Notes under the pieces: generated by a model
Databases searched by the model: none
What the model was told of the DNA's origin: nothing
What the model saw: only the letters and a program-made list of their open reading frames with translations
Shown here: positions 9,843 through 19,335 of the stretch, piece after piece
Layout: each line of letters starts with the position of its first letter
Position numbering within the stretch: the first letter of the stretch is position 1
DNA from: Chloroflexia bacterium
GTDB taxonomy: Bacteria > Chloroflexota > Chloroflexia > DTKN01
NCBI GenBank assembly: GCA_036172265.1
Contig: JASFBA010000084.1
Span: 18,169-82,168 of the forward strand
DNA length: 64,000 nt
Direction of reading: 5' to 3'
Made by a program: the position numbers and the translations under genes

Positions 9843-9871
9843 TTGACATGAAAGGGGTCTTGTGCTATAAT
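9843..9871 (+). promoter_or_regulatory. consensus sigma70 promoter (TTGACA-17bp-TATAAT) upstream of subtilase
   Basis: TTGACA 9843-9848, 17-bp spacer, TATAAT 9866-9871, preceded by an A-tract (UP-like). Leader of ~130 nt to the start codon. Confidence 0.55.
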
Positions 9872-10002
9872 AAAAGTACATCCCGGTCACAGGAGAAACC
9901 CATCGAAGCAACGGTAGAAACCCCAGAAAGGAGGTGATGTATAGGACCGTTTGCGGCTACCGTTTCCGTCCCTTGTTGCTTAGCAGAAGAAAGGAGACAG
10001 CC

Positions 10003-13000
10003 GTGAAGCGAACGCTGGCTTTCGTGGGTACGCTGGTCCTCGTGGCCTCCTTGCTTCTCCCCCTTTCCGCTGGGGCAGACAGTGTGAGGCCGCAAAGCGC
10101 CGAGGTGGCTCCGGCCGCTCCTCCGGCGCAACCTCCTCGCCCCTACGCCGGCCAGGTAACCACCGCCACCGACCGGGCCCTGGCCAAAATCCATCCCAAC
10201 TTGCGGGAAACGGCCCGGGCCGGCGGCGATTCCCTCGTCTCCGTCAACGTCTTCCTCCGCCCCGGGGCCGACGTTCAGGGGCTTGTCGCCCTCTTCGACC
10301 GCCCCATCGTCCGCACCATCCTGGGCACCACCTCCATCATCGGCCGGGTGCCGGCCCATAACCTCCTGAAACTGGCGGCGAACGAGGGTGTGGATGTGGT
10401 CCTGGATCCCATGCCCTATGTCCCACCGCCCCGCACTCCCGACCCGGATATGCCTCAGCGCATCGCCCGCGCTCAGGAAAAGATCCGCGCCCGGCTGGAA
10501 GGCTCTATCTCCCACCCCGCTAGGGGAGCCGGCACCGAGGGTTGGTGGGATGTCGGCGAGGGGCACCGCTCCTCCTATGCCTGGGCCAACGGCTACACCG
10601 GCCAGGGCGTGAAGGTGGCCGTCATTGACACCGGTGTGGACTTTGCCCACCCCGACCTCCAGGGCACCTGGGCCGTCTACCCGCTCACCAGCACCACCAT
10701 CCCGCCCACCTATACCCAGGCCTACGGCGGTTGGCCCATCGCCTTCGACGACCTCTCGATGATGGACTATGCCCTCACCGGCGGCCCGGCTCCAGGTACT
10801 TGGTACGCCGACACCTCATACACCGTTTCCGTCACGCCCACCATCACCACCACGATCATCTTTGACGGCAAGACCTTCACCGTGGCCGGCAGCCTGAGCG
10901 GCATCTACCATATCGGCTACCACCCGGATACTTCCCTGGTCGCCTGGTGGTACGGTGAGCCGGTCGCCGTCCTGGTCGTGGATAAGAACGATGCGGGCAT
11001 CTATAACACCGTTTATGTGGACCTGGACGACGACTATGACTTTACCAACGAAAAGCCGGTCACCCGCGACGATCCCATCGCCTGGAAGGACTTTGGCGAT
11101 GGCTATGCCGATGTCTCCGGCGGCATGATCTACTTCATCGCCGACGGCCAGCACCATCCGCCCGGTTTCGACTGGCTCTGGCAACCTTCCGTCCCACCCT
11201 TCGATCCACCCGCAGCGGGCAACATGGTGGCCTTTATGCTCAACGACGCTCAACTGGCCGGCGGTGACCACGGCACCCTCTGCGCCTCCAACGTGGCCGG
11301 CCAGGGGGTCATTGACGGCGGCGCTCCTCCCTATAAGCCGATCGGCGTCGGTGGGATGGTCCAAGGCGGCGGCAGGGAGGCCAAGGTCTGGGCCATGGGA
11401 TGCTTCTACTGCGGCGGCTACGAGACCGACTACTACTATATGACCGCCCTGGGCTATGACGGCCTCCCCGAAACCGGCGACGAGGCGGAGATCGTCAGCA
11501 TGTCCTATGGCTCTACCGCCACCGATAACGATGGTTGGGACTGGACCAGCCGCTTCCTAACCTGGCTCAACCTGGGGTATGCTCCCCACACCTCCTACGT
11601 AGGCTCCTCCGGCAACGGCGCCCCGGCCTACGGCACCGTCAACTCGCCCAACCCGGTTACGGGGGTGAGTGTGGGGGCTTCCACGCAGTACGATTCCTGT
11701 GGCGGCGTCTTTGACCCCATCACTTCCACCGCACAACTCCTCTGGGGCGACCTCCAGTCCTGGTCGGACGTCGGCCCGGGGGCTGATGGCAGCGTTGGCG
11801 TCTCCGTCCTGGCCAACGGAGCCTGGGGAGCCGGCGACCTGGCGCTGAACGAGTGGGGCGACGGCTGGACGGCCTGGGAGTGCTGGGGCGGCACCAGCCG
11901 CTCCGCCCCGGTGGCCGCCGGCAACCTGGCCCTTATCTACGACGCCTACCGCCAGGCCCACGGCGAATACCCCACCTGGGATGTGGCCCGGGCCATCCTG
12001 ATGTCCGGCGCCAACGACGCCCTGCATGACCCGCTGCGTCAGGGGGCCGGTACCGTCAATGCCGAGCGCGCCACCTGGGTAGCCGGCGGCGATTACGGCT
12101 TCTACGTTCTCCCCGACTCCTGGAGCGCGGGCGACTACCGGGGCGAAAACTACCTCTCCTTCGCCAACATCGTCCATCCGGGCGACTCCTCCTCCCAGGC
12201 CTTCACCCTGGTCAACGACTCGGCCTTCCCCATCACCGTCACCCTGAGCGACGGCTACTTCACCCTGCTGGGCGAGGTAGAGTGGACCTTTGTTACCAGC
12301 AACACTCTCGAGCAGCGCATCTGGGCTCAGCCCGATTACCTCTTCACCGCCACCCAGTGGGTGGAAAGCGGCGGCCCTTACGAGGGTGCCGACCTGATGA
12401 TCGCCAAACTGGCCTTCCCCTATCGCCAGTTCAGCCTGGACGATCCGGCTACCCCGCCGCAGGTCTATCGCAGCCGCTGGCGCGTGCTCATCTACGACTG
12501 GACCGACATAAACGGCGACGGCAACCTCTGGACCGACCTGAACGGCGACGGGGTGGTGCAGACCGGCGAGATCGACACCTATGAGTACAACCGCTACGGC
12601 TACGGCTATAGCAGCGGCACCACCATGCAGCAGTCAGCCCGCGACCCATCGAACCGCTACCACGACGGCCTCTATATCGGCGTGGAGCACCGCACGGCCT
12701 ACGCGGCCATCCCCACCACGACCATCGAACTCCGCGTCTCCTTCTACAAGCGGGTGGACTGGCCCTGGCTGGAGACGAACGTCTCCTCCCTCACCATTCC
12801 GGCCGGCGGCACGGCCACCTTCACCGCCACGCTGAGTGTGCCGGTGACGGCGCCGCTGGGCCTCTATCAGGGCGAAATCCTGGTCCAGGACCCCGGCTAC
12901 ATGACCTATACCGCCCACACCCCAGTGGTACCGGTGGTGGTCAGCGTAGCCGCGGATGGGCCGAACTTCTCCTTCGGCGGCATAGACCAGGACCTCCCTT

Positions 13001-14379
13001 ATGACAACGGCACCGTCGGCGGCTTCTTCGACTGGGCCTGGCGGGCCGAAAGCGGCGACTGGCGCTTCTTCTTCACCGACGTCCCCGACGACCATGGCCT
13101 GCCCGAAGGCACCTATTTCCTGGTGCACACCATTTGGAGCAACTACCCCACCGACCTGGATACCTTGGTCTTTGGGCCGACCTGGGATGAATTCTCCGCT
13201 TCTATGCCCGACACCTTCGGCCCCTACGCCCTCTATAAGGTCGGCGGAAGCGAGAACACCTACCAGGGCAGCGGCCGGTGGCTCTTCCGCACCAACACCG
13301 GGACGACTGAGGAGTGGGTCGCGGCGCCGCTGCAGGCCGGATTGCACCTCTTTGCCCTCCATAACGTCCTCTTCAACCCGGAGGACGAGGCCGGCCAACT
13401 CCACAAGGACATCCCCTTCAGCGGCACTGTCGGCACGCTTTCGGTCAGCCCCAGCCCGGTGGAAATCTGGACCACTTCCTTCACCGGCGACGTGCTGATG
13501 GAGGCGCTCTCCTCGATGTCCCTGCCCGGCATCACGGCGACGGCCTACGGCCTGAGCCAGCCGCTCTTCTGGACCTACGAACCGATCACCCCGGCCGCCG
13601 GCCTGTGCGACTGGTCCTACATCTTCACCGTCACGAACGCCGCCTATATCGAGGCCGAAACCTCCAGCCCCGATGTGAGCGACAATGACCTCTACCTCTA
13701 TTGGTGGGATGGGGCCACCTGGGTACAGATCGCTGCTTCCACCGGCCCAACGGCCGAAGAGTACATCCGCGTGCTCCTGCCGGCGGACGGCCAGTATCGC
13801 CTCTGCCTGGACGACTGGGCCGGGGTGACAGGCCACTTCGACCTCGTGCTCTTTGCCCCGGCCGGGACAGGCCTCTGGACGACCGACGTGCCCACCGGAA
13901 CGCTCGAACCGGGGGTGCCGGTCCACTTCACCCTGAACTATAGCGCTACCATGACCCCGGGCGACTGGTACGGCGTCATCCTGGCCGGCCCGCCGGTCGC
14001 CCCCTCGGCCATCCTGGTTCCGGTCATCATCCATTACGCCGAGTGCTGGCCGATCGAGACGGCCGACTTCGCCTGGTCGCCGATGACACCGACGGTGGGG
14101 CAGGCAACGCTCTTCACGGCAACGGTTACGCCGCCCACGGCGACGACGCCCATCACCTACACCTGGGACTTTGGCGACGGCCATACGGCGGTATCCACCG
14201 TCCCGACGGTGACCCACGCCTACACCGCTACGGACACCTACACCGTCACCTTGACGGTGCGGAACGCCTGCACGCCGGAGCCTGTCCGCTGGAAGCACGT
14301 CTTGACCGTGGAGGCGGCTCCGCCGCCTGTATACAAGATTTACCTGCCGCTCGTCTTCAAGGGATACACCGCGCCCTAA
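10003..14379 (+). CDS. secreted S8 family peptidase (subtilase) with C-terminal PKD domain and YLPLVFK tail
   Basis: D/H/S catalytic motifs (VAVIDTGVDFAHPDL; HGTLCASNVAG; GGTSRSAPVAAGN) and a PKD signature (YTWDFGDGHTA). Signal peptide after GTG at 10003 (SD AAGGAGA). Alternative ATG at 9934. Confidence 0.85.
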   Translation: MKRTLAFVGTLVLVASLLLPLSAGADSVRPQSAEVAPAAPPAQPPRPYAGQVTTATDRALAKIHPNLRETARAGGDSLVSVNVFLRPGADVQGLVALFDRPIVRTILGTTSIIGRVPAHNLLKLAANEGVDVVLDPMPYVPPPRTPDPDMPQRIARAQEKIRARLEGSISHPARGAGTEGWWDVGEGHRSSYAWANGYTGQGVKVAVIDTGVDFAHPDLQGTWAVYPLTSTTIPPTYTQAYGGWPIAFDDLSMMDYALTGGPAPGTWYADTSYTVSVTPTITTTIIFDGKTFTVAGSLSGIYHIGYHPDTSLVAWWYGEPVAVLVVDKNDAGIYNTVYVDLDDDYDFTNEKPVTRDDPIAWKDFGDGYADVSGGMIYFIADGQHHPPGFDWLWQPSVPPFDPPAAGNMVAFMLNDAQLAGGDHGTLCASNVAGQGVIDGGAPPYKPIGVGGMVQGGGREAKVWAMGCFYCGGYETDYYYMTALGYDGLPETGDEAEIVSMSYGSTATDNDGWDWTSRFLTWLNLGYAPHTSYVGSSGNGAPAYGTVNSPNPVTGVSVGASTQYDSCGGVFDPITSTAQLLWGDLQSWSDVGPGADGSVGVSVLANGAWGAGDLALNEWGDGWTAWECWGGTSRSAPVAAGNLALIYDAYRQAHGEYPTWDVARAILMSGANDALHDPLRQGAGTVNAERATWVAGGDYGFYVLPDSWSAGDYRGENYLSFANIVHPGDSSSQAFTLVNDSAFPITVTLSDGYFTLLGEVEWTFVTSNTLEQRIWAQPDYLFTATQWVESGGPYEGADLMIAKLAFPYRQFSLDDPATPPQVYRSRWRVLIYDWTDINGDGNLWTDLNGDGVVQTGEIDTYEYNRYGYGYSSGTTMQQSARDPSNRYHDGLYIGVEHRTAYAAIPTTTIELRVSFYKRVDWPWLETNVSSLTIPAGGTATFTATLSVPVTAPLGLYQGEILVQDPGYMTYTAHTPVVPVVVSVAADGPNFSFGGIDQDLPYDNGTVGGFFDWAWRAESGDWRFFFTDVPDDHGLPEGTYFLVHTIWSNYPTDLDTLVFGPTWDEFSASMPDTFGPYALYKVGGSENTYQGSGRWLFRTNTGTTEEWVAAPLQAGLHLFALHNVLFNPEDEAGQLHKDIPFSGTVGTLSVSPSPVEIWTTSFTGDVLMEALSSMSLPGITATAYGLSQPLFWTYEPITPAAGLCDWSYIFTVTNAAYIEAETSSPDVSDNDLYLYWWDGATWVQIAASTGPTAEEYIRVLLPADGQYRLCLDDWAGVTGHFDLVLFAPAGTGLWTTDVPTGTLEPGVPVHFTLNYSATMTPGDWYGVILAGPPVAPSAILVPVIIHYAECWPIETADFAWSPMTPTVGQATLFTATVTPPTATTPITYTWDFGDGHTAVSTVPTVTHAYTATDTYTVTLTVRNACTPEPVRWKHVLTVEAAPPPVYKIYLPLVFKGYTAP

Positions 14380-14406
14380 GGCGGCAGCAGGAAGCGCACC
14401 GAATCA

Positions 14407-14448
14407 GGGGGCCGGCCGGGGGATGTCCGGCCGGCCCCTTATATTTCA
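14407..14448. terminator. bidirectional intrinsic terminator (12-bp GC stem + T-rich tail)
   Basis: GGGGCCGGCCGG-gggatgt-CCGGCCGGCCCC followed by TTATATTT, between convergent genes. Confidence 0.6.
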
Positions 14449-14554
14449 CGGCGTTGGGTTATGGGTTGGACGGCCCATCCGACTAAAGAGCCTACCCCAA
14501 AACTCGTGGATGAGGCGCTTGCAGGTAGGCAAAGACGGTGCCTTCGCCTAGTTC

Positions 14555-15352
14555 CTAAAGAGCCTCCAGAAGAAGGGCCCGGGCCCATTCTGGAATGGGA
14601 GCCGGGCGAAGGTCCTTCTGCACAAAAGTCTGGACCGTTCGGCCGACAGCGACGGCGCGCCCGCCTTCGCCGCTAAGGCGATAGCCCAGGACGAAGGAAC
14701 GCTGCCGCACCTCTTCCACCCAGACGGCGATCTTTAGTTCCTGGTCAAAGCGCACCGGAGAAAGGTAGCGACAGCCTACCCAGGCGATAACAAAGGGGCT
14801 GCCGTCCACCTCCATTTGGGCGTAGTCGAGGCCGAGACGGTGCAGAAAGGCGATGCGTCCGACCTCGAACCAGCCCAGGTAGCGGGAGAAGTGGGCCCCC
14901 CGAGTGGGCTCGCTTTCGGCGTAGCGCACTCGCAAGGGAAAACCTTCCTGGCGGCCGCGCGGGGAGAGGTGTTCCCATCCCACCAGCCGCTCCGCAGGCG
15001 ATTGAACCGGGGTGGGATAGAGGCTTCCGACACCTTCCAAGAGCGTCGTTCCCCGCGCCCGTGCTTCTCCCTGCCCCAGAATTTCGTGGGTGATCCAGAG
15101 GTGGCCCTCCTCTGCGCCGAGGGCCCGGCTGCGTACGGTCACCGTTTCCCCGTAGCGGATGGGGGCCAGGTAGCGGCATACGGCCTCCAGGACAAAAGGA
15201 CGCTCCTCTCCCAGAGGGCGACCCAGGGCGGTGAAGAGGGCCTCATAGCCCAGTTCAAACCAGGCCACGTGGTTGGCGTAATAGACCACATGTTGGGCAT
15301 CGGTCTCGGCATAGCGAACAGGAAAGGAGATTTCGGCCAACATCTCAAGCAT
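14555..15352 (-). CDS. tandem hotdog-fold acyl-CoA thioesterase (4HBT/YbgC-like, two domains)
   Basis: Two repeats of the V.Y.ETD..HV.Y..Y pattern (VRYAETDAQHVVYYANH and VRYAESEPTRGAHFSRY). Start at internal ATG 15352 is uncertain. Confidence 0.65.
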   Translation of the reverse strand: MLEMLAEISFPVRYAETDAQHVVYYANHVAWFELGYEALFTALGRPLGEERPFVLEAVCRYLAPIRYGETVTVRSRALGAEEGHLWITHEILGQGEARARGTTLLEGVGSLYPTPVQSPAERLVGWEHLSPRGRQEGFPLRVRYAESEPTRGAHFSRYLGWFEVGRIAFLHRLGLDYAQMEVDGSPFVIAWVGCRYLSPVRFDQELKIAVWVEEVRQRSFVLGYRLSGEGGRAVAVGRTVQTFVQKDLRPAPIPEWARALLLEAL

Positions 15353-15368
15353 GCAAACGTGCAGACGG

Positions 15369-16415
15369 TCATGGTGCCCACGAAGGGCGGGAGGTCGCAT
15401 CCACCTGGGCGCCATAGGTCAGGCGTTCCTCGCCAGCCGGCCGGGGGAAGCCGTCCGAAGACACTTTCAGAGTGAGTAACCACAGCTCAAAGCAGCCATC
15501 CTGCACAGCGATAAAGGCAATCTGCTTCCCGTCGGGCGACCAAGCCGGGCTGCGCGCCGCTTTCTGCGATGAAAGGGGCTGGGGAGACCACTCTTCCTGG
15601 TAAAGCGGATTGGCCGGAGAGGGCATCACCCAGATGTGGGTTTCGCCGGCCTGCCGGGCGGCGTAGGCAATCCATTGCCCATCGGGAGACCAGGCCGGGT
15701 CGTAGCGTTCAATGCCCTCTACCTCTTCCCCCAGATGCACCACATTACCGGTATCGAGATCCAGGTAACGCAACTGCGCCCCGTGGTTATAGGGGAAAAA
15801 GGTAAAGGCCATATACCTCCCGTCGGGCGACCAGACCGGGCTTTCGATGAATCCGCCCAGGGAGAGGTAGGGCTGTTCCCCGCTTCCGTCCGGGCGGATA
15901 CGCCAGACCGATAGGACGTTGGAAAGTTGGCGAGGCTCAGAGTGGGAGATATAGCCGATCCAGTCGCCCTCGGGGGGAATCCAGTGGGGTTGAAAGGCCC
16001 AGTAGGAGGCATGGGCGGCTTCACGGCTCTGTGCGGGGTAGGTGGAACGGTTGACCGTGACCGGATGAGGGTTAGAGCCGTCGGCCTCCATCACCCAGAT
16101 ATCGGAGTAGCCCTCGCCCCGGACGACAAAGGCGATCCGCTTCCCGTCGGGCGACCAGGCCGGTTGAGTGGCCGGTGTCGGCCCGGTCAGGCGACGGGCG
16201 GTGGTGCCGGTATACAGCCAGATGTGTCCTTGGCCGGCATAGAGCAGCCGGCCTGAAACCGACGGCCCTCGAGGTTGTTCCCGGGTTTCAGGCGGCATGG
16301 CCGTAGGAGAGGGAGAGCGGGACGTAATCGGCCTTCCCCCCGGCTGGCAACCGGCGGCGAGGTTGAGCACCAGCAGTACCAGAAGGATTCCTATTCTGCC
16401 CGTCTTTTTCATCAT
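15369..16415 (-). CDS. TolB-like beta-propeller lipoprotein (PD40/WD40-like repeats)
   Basis: Lipobox LAAGC after the signal peptide. Repeated SPDG(K/R)..A(F/Y) and W..SPDG motifs. Confidence 0.75.
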   Translation of the reverse strand: MMKKTGRIGILLVLLVLNLAAGCQPGGRPITSRSPSPTAMPPETREQPRGPSVSGRLLYAGQGHIWLYTGTTARRLTGPTPATQPAWSPDGKRIAFVVRGEGYSDIWVMEADGSNPHPVTVNRSTYPAQSREAAHASYWAFQPHWIPPEGDWIGYISHSEPRQLSNVLSVWRIRPDGSGEQPYLSLGGFIESPVWSPDGRYMAFTFFPYNHGAQLRYLDLDTGNVVHLGEEVEGIERYDPAWSPDGQWIAYAARQAGETHIWVMPSPANPLYQEEWSPQPLSSQKAARSPAWSPDGKQIAFIAVQDGCFELWLLTLKVSSDGFPRPAGEERLTYGAQVDATSRPSWAP

Positions 16416-16421
16416 CCGCTC

Positions 16422-17933
16422 CTAGGCCGCCTGGCCGAAAAGGCCGGGCGGGATGTTTCGAGGAAGCAACACCCGAAGAGACCGGGGGATGGCCCGGAAG
16501 GTCATCGGCGTCTGCCCGATCGGTTCCCCGTCTACCTGAACGTAGAGAGGCGTCCGCGAGGAAATCACTACCTCCCGCGCCCGGCGATACTCTACCCCGC
16601 CGATCCATTTCTGACGCTGCAGGAGCGTCAACAGGGCAAAGAGGGAGATCTGGGGCAGCCCCCCCTTGCCCCGCAGGATGCAGACGTCCAGGAGGCCGTC
16701 GTCCACCGTGGCCTGGGGCGTGACCTGGGCAAATCCCCCGTAGAGCCGGGTGTTGCCGATGATCGCCACCACCGTCTCACCGGCGATCTGCTGGTCGTCC
16801 AAGATGATCACCGCCTCTTCTCCGGCGTAATGGATGGCCGAGGCGATGCCTCGGAGGATGTAACTCCAAGGCCAGAAGAGTTGCCGGGTATCGCCGGTCA
16901 TGGTCTGCACTACGGCAGCGTCGTAGCCGACGCCGGCCATCAGGAGGAAGTAGCGCGAACCGGCCAATCCCAGGTCCATAGAGCGAATCTGGCCCTGGAG
17001 GAGGACCTGGGCCGCTTCCAGAGGCTCTGTAGGCAGGCCCTGCTCGCGGGCCCAGATGTTGCCCGTGCCCAGCGGCAGGACGGCGAGAGCCGTAGTCGTG
17101 CCGGCCAGGCCGTTGACCACCTCGTTGACGGTGCCATCGCCGCCGACGGCGACGACGACATCCAGCCCGGCTGCGGCCGCCTCGCGGGCCAGTTCCATTG
17201 CGCCCCCGGGTTTGCGGGTCTCCCGCAGGCTCACTTCCCAACCTTGGCGCACCAGATAACCGAGGACTTCTTCCAGGTCGGCCAGACGGTAGGCCTGGCC
17301 GGCGGCCGGATTCAGAATCAGGCGCACCCGGGGGTGAGGGGGTAGGGGAGCGGGAAGGCCTTCCAGGTAACGGGCGATCTCCTCCACCGCCTCCGAGATA
17401 TCACCGCCGGTATCCACCACCCGGTGCGGCCGGCGGACCGGCTCCATCTTCCCGGCGTAATCCAGGTAGACCGACCAGTCGGCCTCCGATCCATAGTCCG
17501 GCAGGAGGCCCTCCCCCCGTTCCTGCAGCCGCTGGCGCACCACTTCGGGCGCGGCCGTGGTCTGCAATACCATCAGGGCTGCCCCTTTCTCCTCGGCCAG
17601 GGTATAGTAGCGCCGGCGGTGGCGGCGAAGGAGGTTGGTGGCATCGAAAATGACGCTGTGGCCTTCCTCCAGAAGGCCGGCCACTACCTCCAGACAGGTG
17701 CTGTGGACGATATGATGCTCCTCAGGCGCGTAAGTGGGGCGAGGGAAAAGGAGCCGCCGCACCTGGTCGCTGGCGACGATGACCAGGGGCAGGCGATCGG
17801 CCAGACGCTGGGCCAGGTACGATTTGCCTGTCCCCGGCAGGCCGCACAGGAGGATCAGGGCCGGCCGAAGCAGCCGGCCCGAAGGGAGGCGAAGCGCCGC
17901 CCGAATGCGACACGCATCCTGTCCCTGAGGCAT
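16422..17933 (-). CDS. fusion protein: N-terminal P-loop kinase (AAA_33-like) + C-terminal DAGK-catalytic-domain lipid kinase (YegS/BmrU family)
   Basis: GLPGTGKSYLA Walker A in the N-terminal ~170 aa, then LILNPAAGQ...VAVGGDGTVNEVVNGL...LPLGTGN DAGK_cat motifs. Confidence 0.7.
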   Translation of the reverse strand: MPQGQDACRIRAALRLPSGRLLRPALILLCGLPGTGKSYLAQRLADRLPLVIVASDQVRRLLFPRPTYAPEEHHIVHSTCLEVVAGLLEEGHSVIFDATNLLRRHRRRYYTLAEEKGAALMVLQTTAAPEVVRQRLQERGEGLLPDYGSEADWSVYLDYAGKMEPVRRPHRVVDTGGDISEAVEEIARYLEGLPAPLPPHPRVRLILNPAAGQAYRLADLEEVLGYLVRQGWEVSLRETRKPGGAMELAREAAAAGLDVVVAVGGDGTVNEVVNGLAGTTTALAVLPLGTGNIWAREQGLPTEPLEAAQVLLQGQIRSMDLGLAGSRYFLLMAGVGYDAAVVQTMTGDTRQLFWPWSYILRGIASAIHYAGEEAVIILDDQQIAGETVVAIIGNTRLYGGFAQVTPQATVDDGLLDVCILRGKGGLPQISLFALLTLLQRQKWIGGVEYRRAREVVISSRTPLYVQVDGEPIGQTPMTFRAIPRSLRVLLPRNIPPGLFGQAA

Positions 17934-18494
17934 CCGCCTTTCACCGAATCGCCCCGAGCATCTTGCTCGGGGCTACCCTGTTTCCTGCCGAAAGCGACCT
18001 TACCGATCGCGCCCCAAATATTATACCCCACCTTGGAGGGGCAAGCAAATTCTGCATCCACTTATAGCCGGCCGGGCCGGATTGACAAGCCGACCTACCG
18101 AATGATGAGCGGATGTCAGTCCATCAGGTAGGAGCAAGGGAGTAAGGGGGAGTTCCGACAAACCTGGGTCCCACCCCGCCGGTGTAAAAGTAGGGGCGGT
18201 TTCACTCCACCCATAGGTATCAAGCCAACGGAAGTTCCCCCCGGTGGAGAGGCTAGGGGGAAGAGCGACGCCGGCAGCCCTTCTCCCCCTCCTGACCTCC
18301 CCCATCCAGGGGGAGGGACTCCGCTCTCCTGCCTTCGGGCAGGATGGTCATCGGGCGAGATAGGTGAAGGAAAAGGGGAAACGGAACCGGTTCGCCGGGG
18401 AGTACCATCGCTGCGCTCTACTTGTCCCGCTTGATAGGTATAGGGCGTAGCGGTGCTACGCCCCTGTTGCTATGCAAGGGGAAACAACAGTCCC

Positions 18495-18968
18495 CTATCG
18501 TACCAGGCCTCCGCAGTAATGCATTCGGAAGAGTTCTTCCTGCTGGTAGAAAACCTGCGTCTCCCCCTCAAAGAGGGCCAAATCCCCTTCGTTGCGGTCC
18601 TCGTAGCGCAGGTTGCGCTCCTGAAAACGGTGTGGTCCCAGCAGGCGACGCTCCCGGTAGCGTTCCAACTGGGCCCGCTGGAGGAAGGCAGCCAGTTCTT
18701 CGCCGGGCAGGGGCAGGTCACGGATAAGGATCAGGTAATTCATTCCCCAGACAACCGTTCCAGCCCGCCGGACAACTTCCTGACCGATGAGGCGGCTCTG
18801 GCCAAAGTAACTATCCCGGTAGGAAAGGGCGCCTTCGCGATAGACAATTTCCACCGCTCCGGGACGTTCGGGCGGCAGGCGCCGGCTGCGTCCCAGACAA
18901 GTGTGCTCCCGGGCCAGGATGATAAAGCGCTCCAGTTCGCGCAAGTCCATGGCCGTCCTCCCGTTCAT
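18495..18968 (-). CDS. hypothetical protein
   Basis: 157-aa ORF with coding-like composition and no recognisable motif. Flanked by long non-coding regions. Confidence 0.4.
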   Translation of the reverse strand: MNGRTAMDLRELERFIILAREHTCLGRSRRLPPERPGAVEIVYREGALSYRDSYFGQSRLIGQEVVRRAGTVVWGMNYLILIRDLPLPGEELAAFLQRAQLERYRERRLLGPHRFQERNLRYEDRNEGDLALFEGETQVFYQQEELFRMHYCGGLVR

Positions 18969-19057
18969 CGTTCAGCACCGCTATGTTTTTTACTGGACAC
19001 CGGCGAAATCACCCTATGTCGCCCTTGCCTTCGTGCTTCACCGGGATGCCACTTAGT

Positions 19058-19105
19058 CTATCCGAACCCCCCGCCGGGTAGGCGAAGGCACTGCCTTTCT
19101 ACCCA
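19058..19105. repeat. REP-like palindromic repeat copy A (GGGTAGGCGAAGGCA-n-TGCCTTtCtACCC, degenerate right arm)
   Basis: Shares ~45 nt with copy B, including the CTATCCGAA...CCGCCGGGTAGGCGAAGGCA core. Confidence 0.6.
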
Positions 19106-19236
19106 CGAACATCTCCCCCGAGGGGCGGGTTCAGAACCCTTACCGGGTCGAGTTCACCAGAGTCTAGTTTTTTTATTCTAGCAAAAGGGCCGGCCTCCGT
19201 CAAGGCGGGACTTTATAAAATTTCGATAGTAAAAAC

Positions 19237-19265
19237 TTGACAAAATTACCAAAGTGTGGTACAAT
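19237..19265 (+). promoter_or_regulatory. perfect consensus sigma70 promoter (TTGACA-17bp-TACAAT) for regulator operon
   Basis: TTGACA 19237-19242, 17-bp spacer, TACAAT 19260-19265, with an A-tract upstream (aaaaacTTGACA, same as at 9837). Confidence 0.55.
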
Positions 19266-19335
19266 ATATGGGGCATCTTGGAATCTGCCGGTGCACGGCG
19301 AGGTACCTGGCCAAGGCTGGGCCAAGGAGAGGACG

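Noticed and set aside
18100-18420. Possible RNase P RNA or tmRNA in the large non-coding region
   Set aside because: The universal RNase P elements (GGAAAGUCCGG, ACAGAACCCGGCUUA) are missing. No tRNA-like T-arm/CCA 3' end or tag-peptide ORF is present on either strand. Kept only as a generic structured ncRNA candidate.
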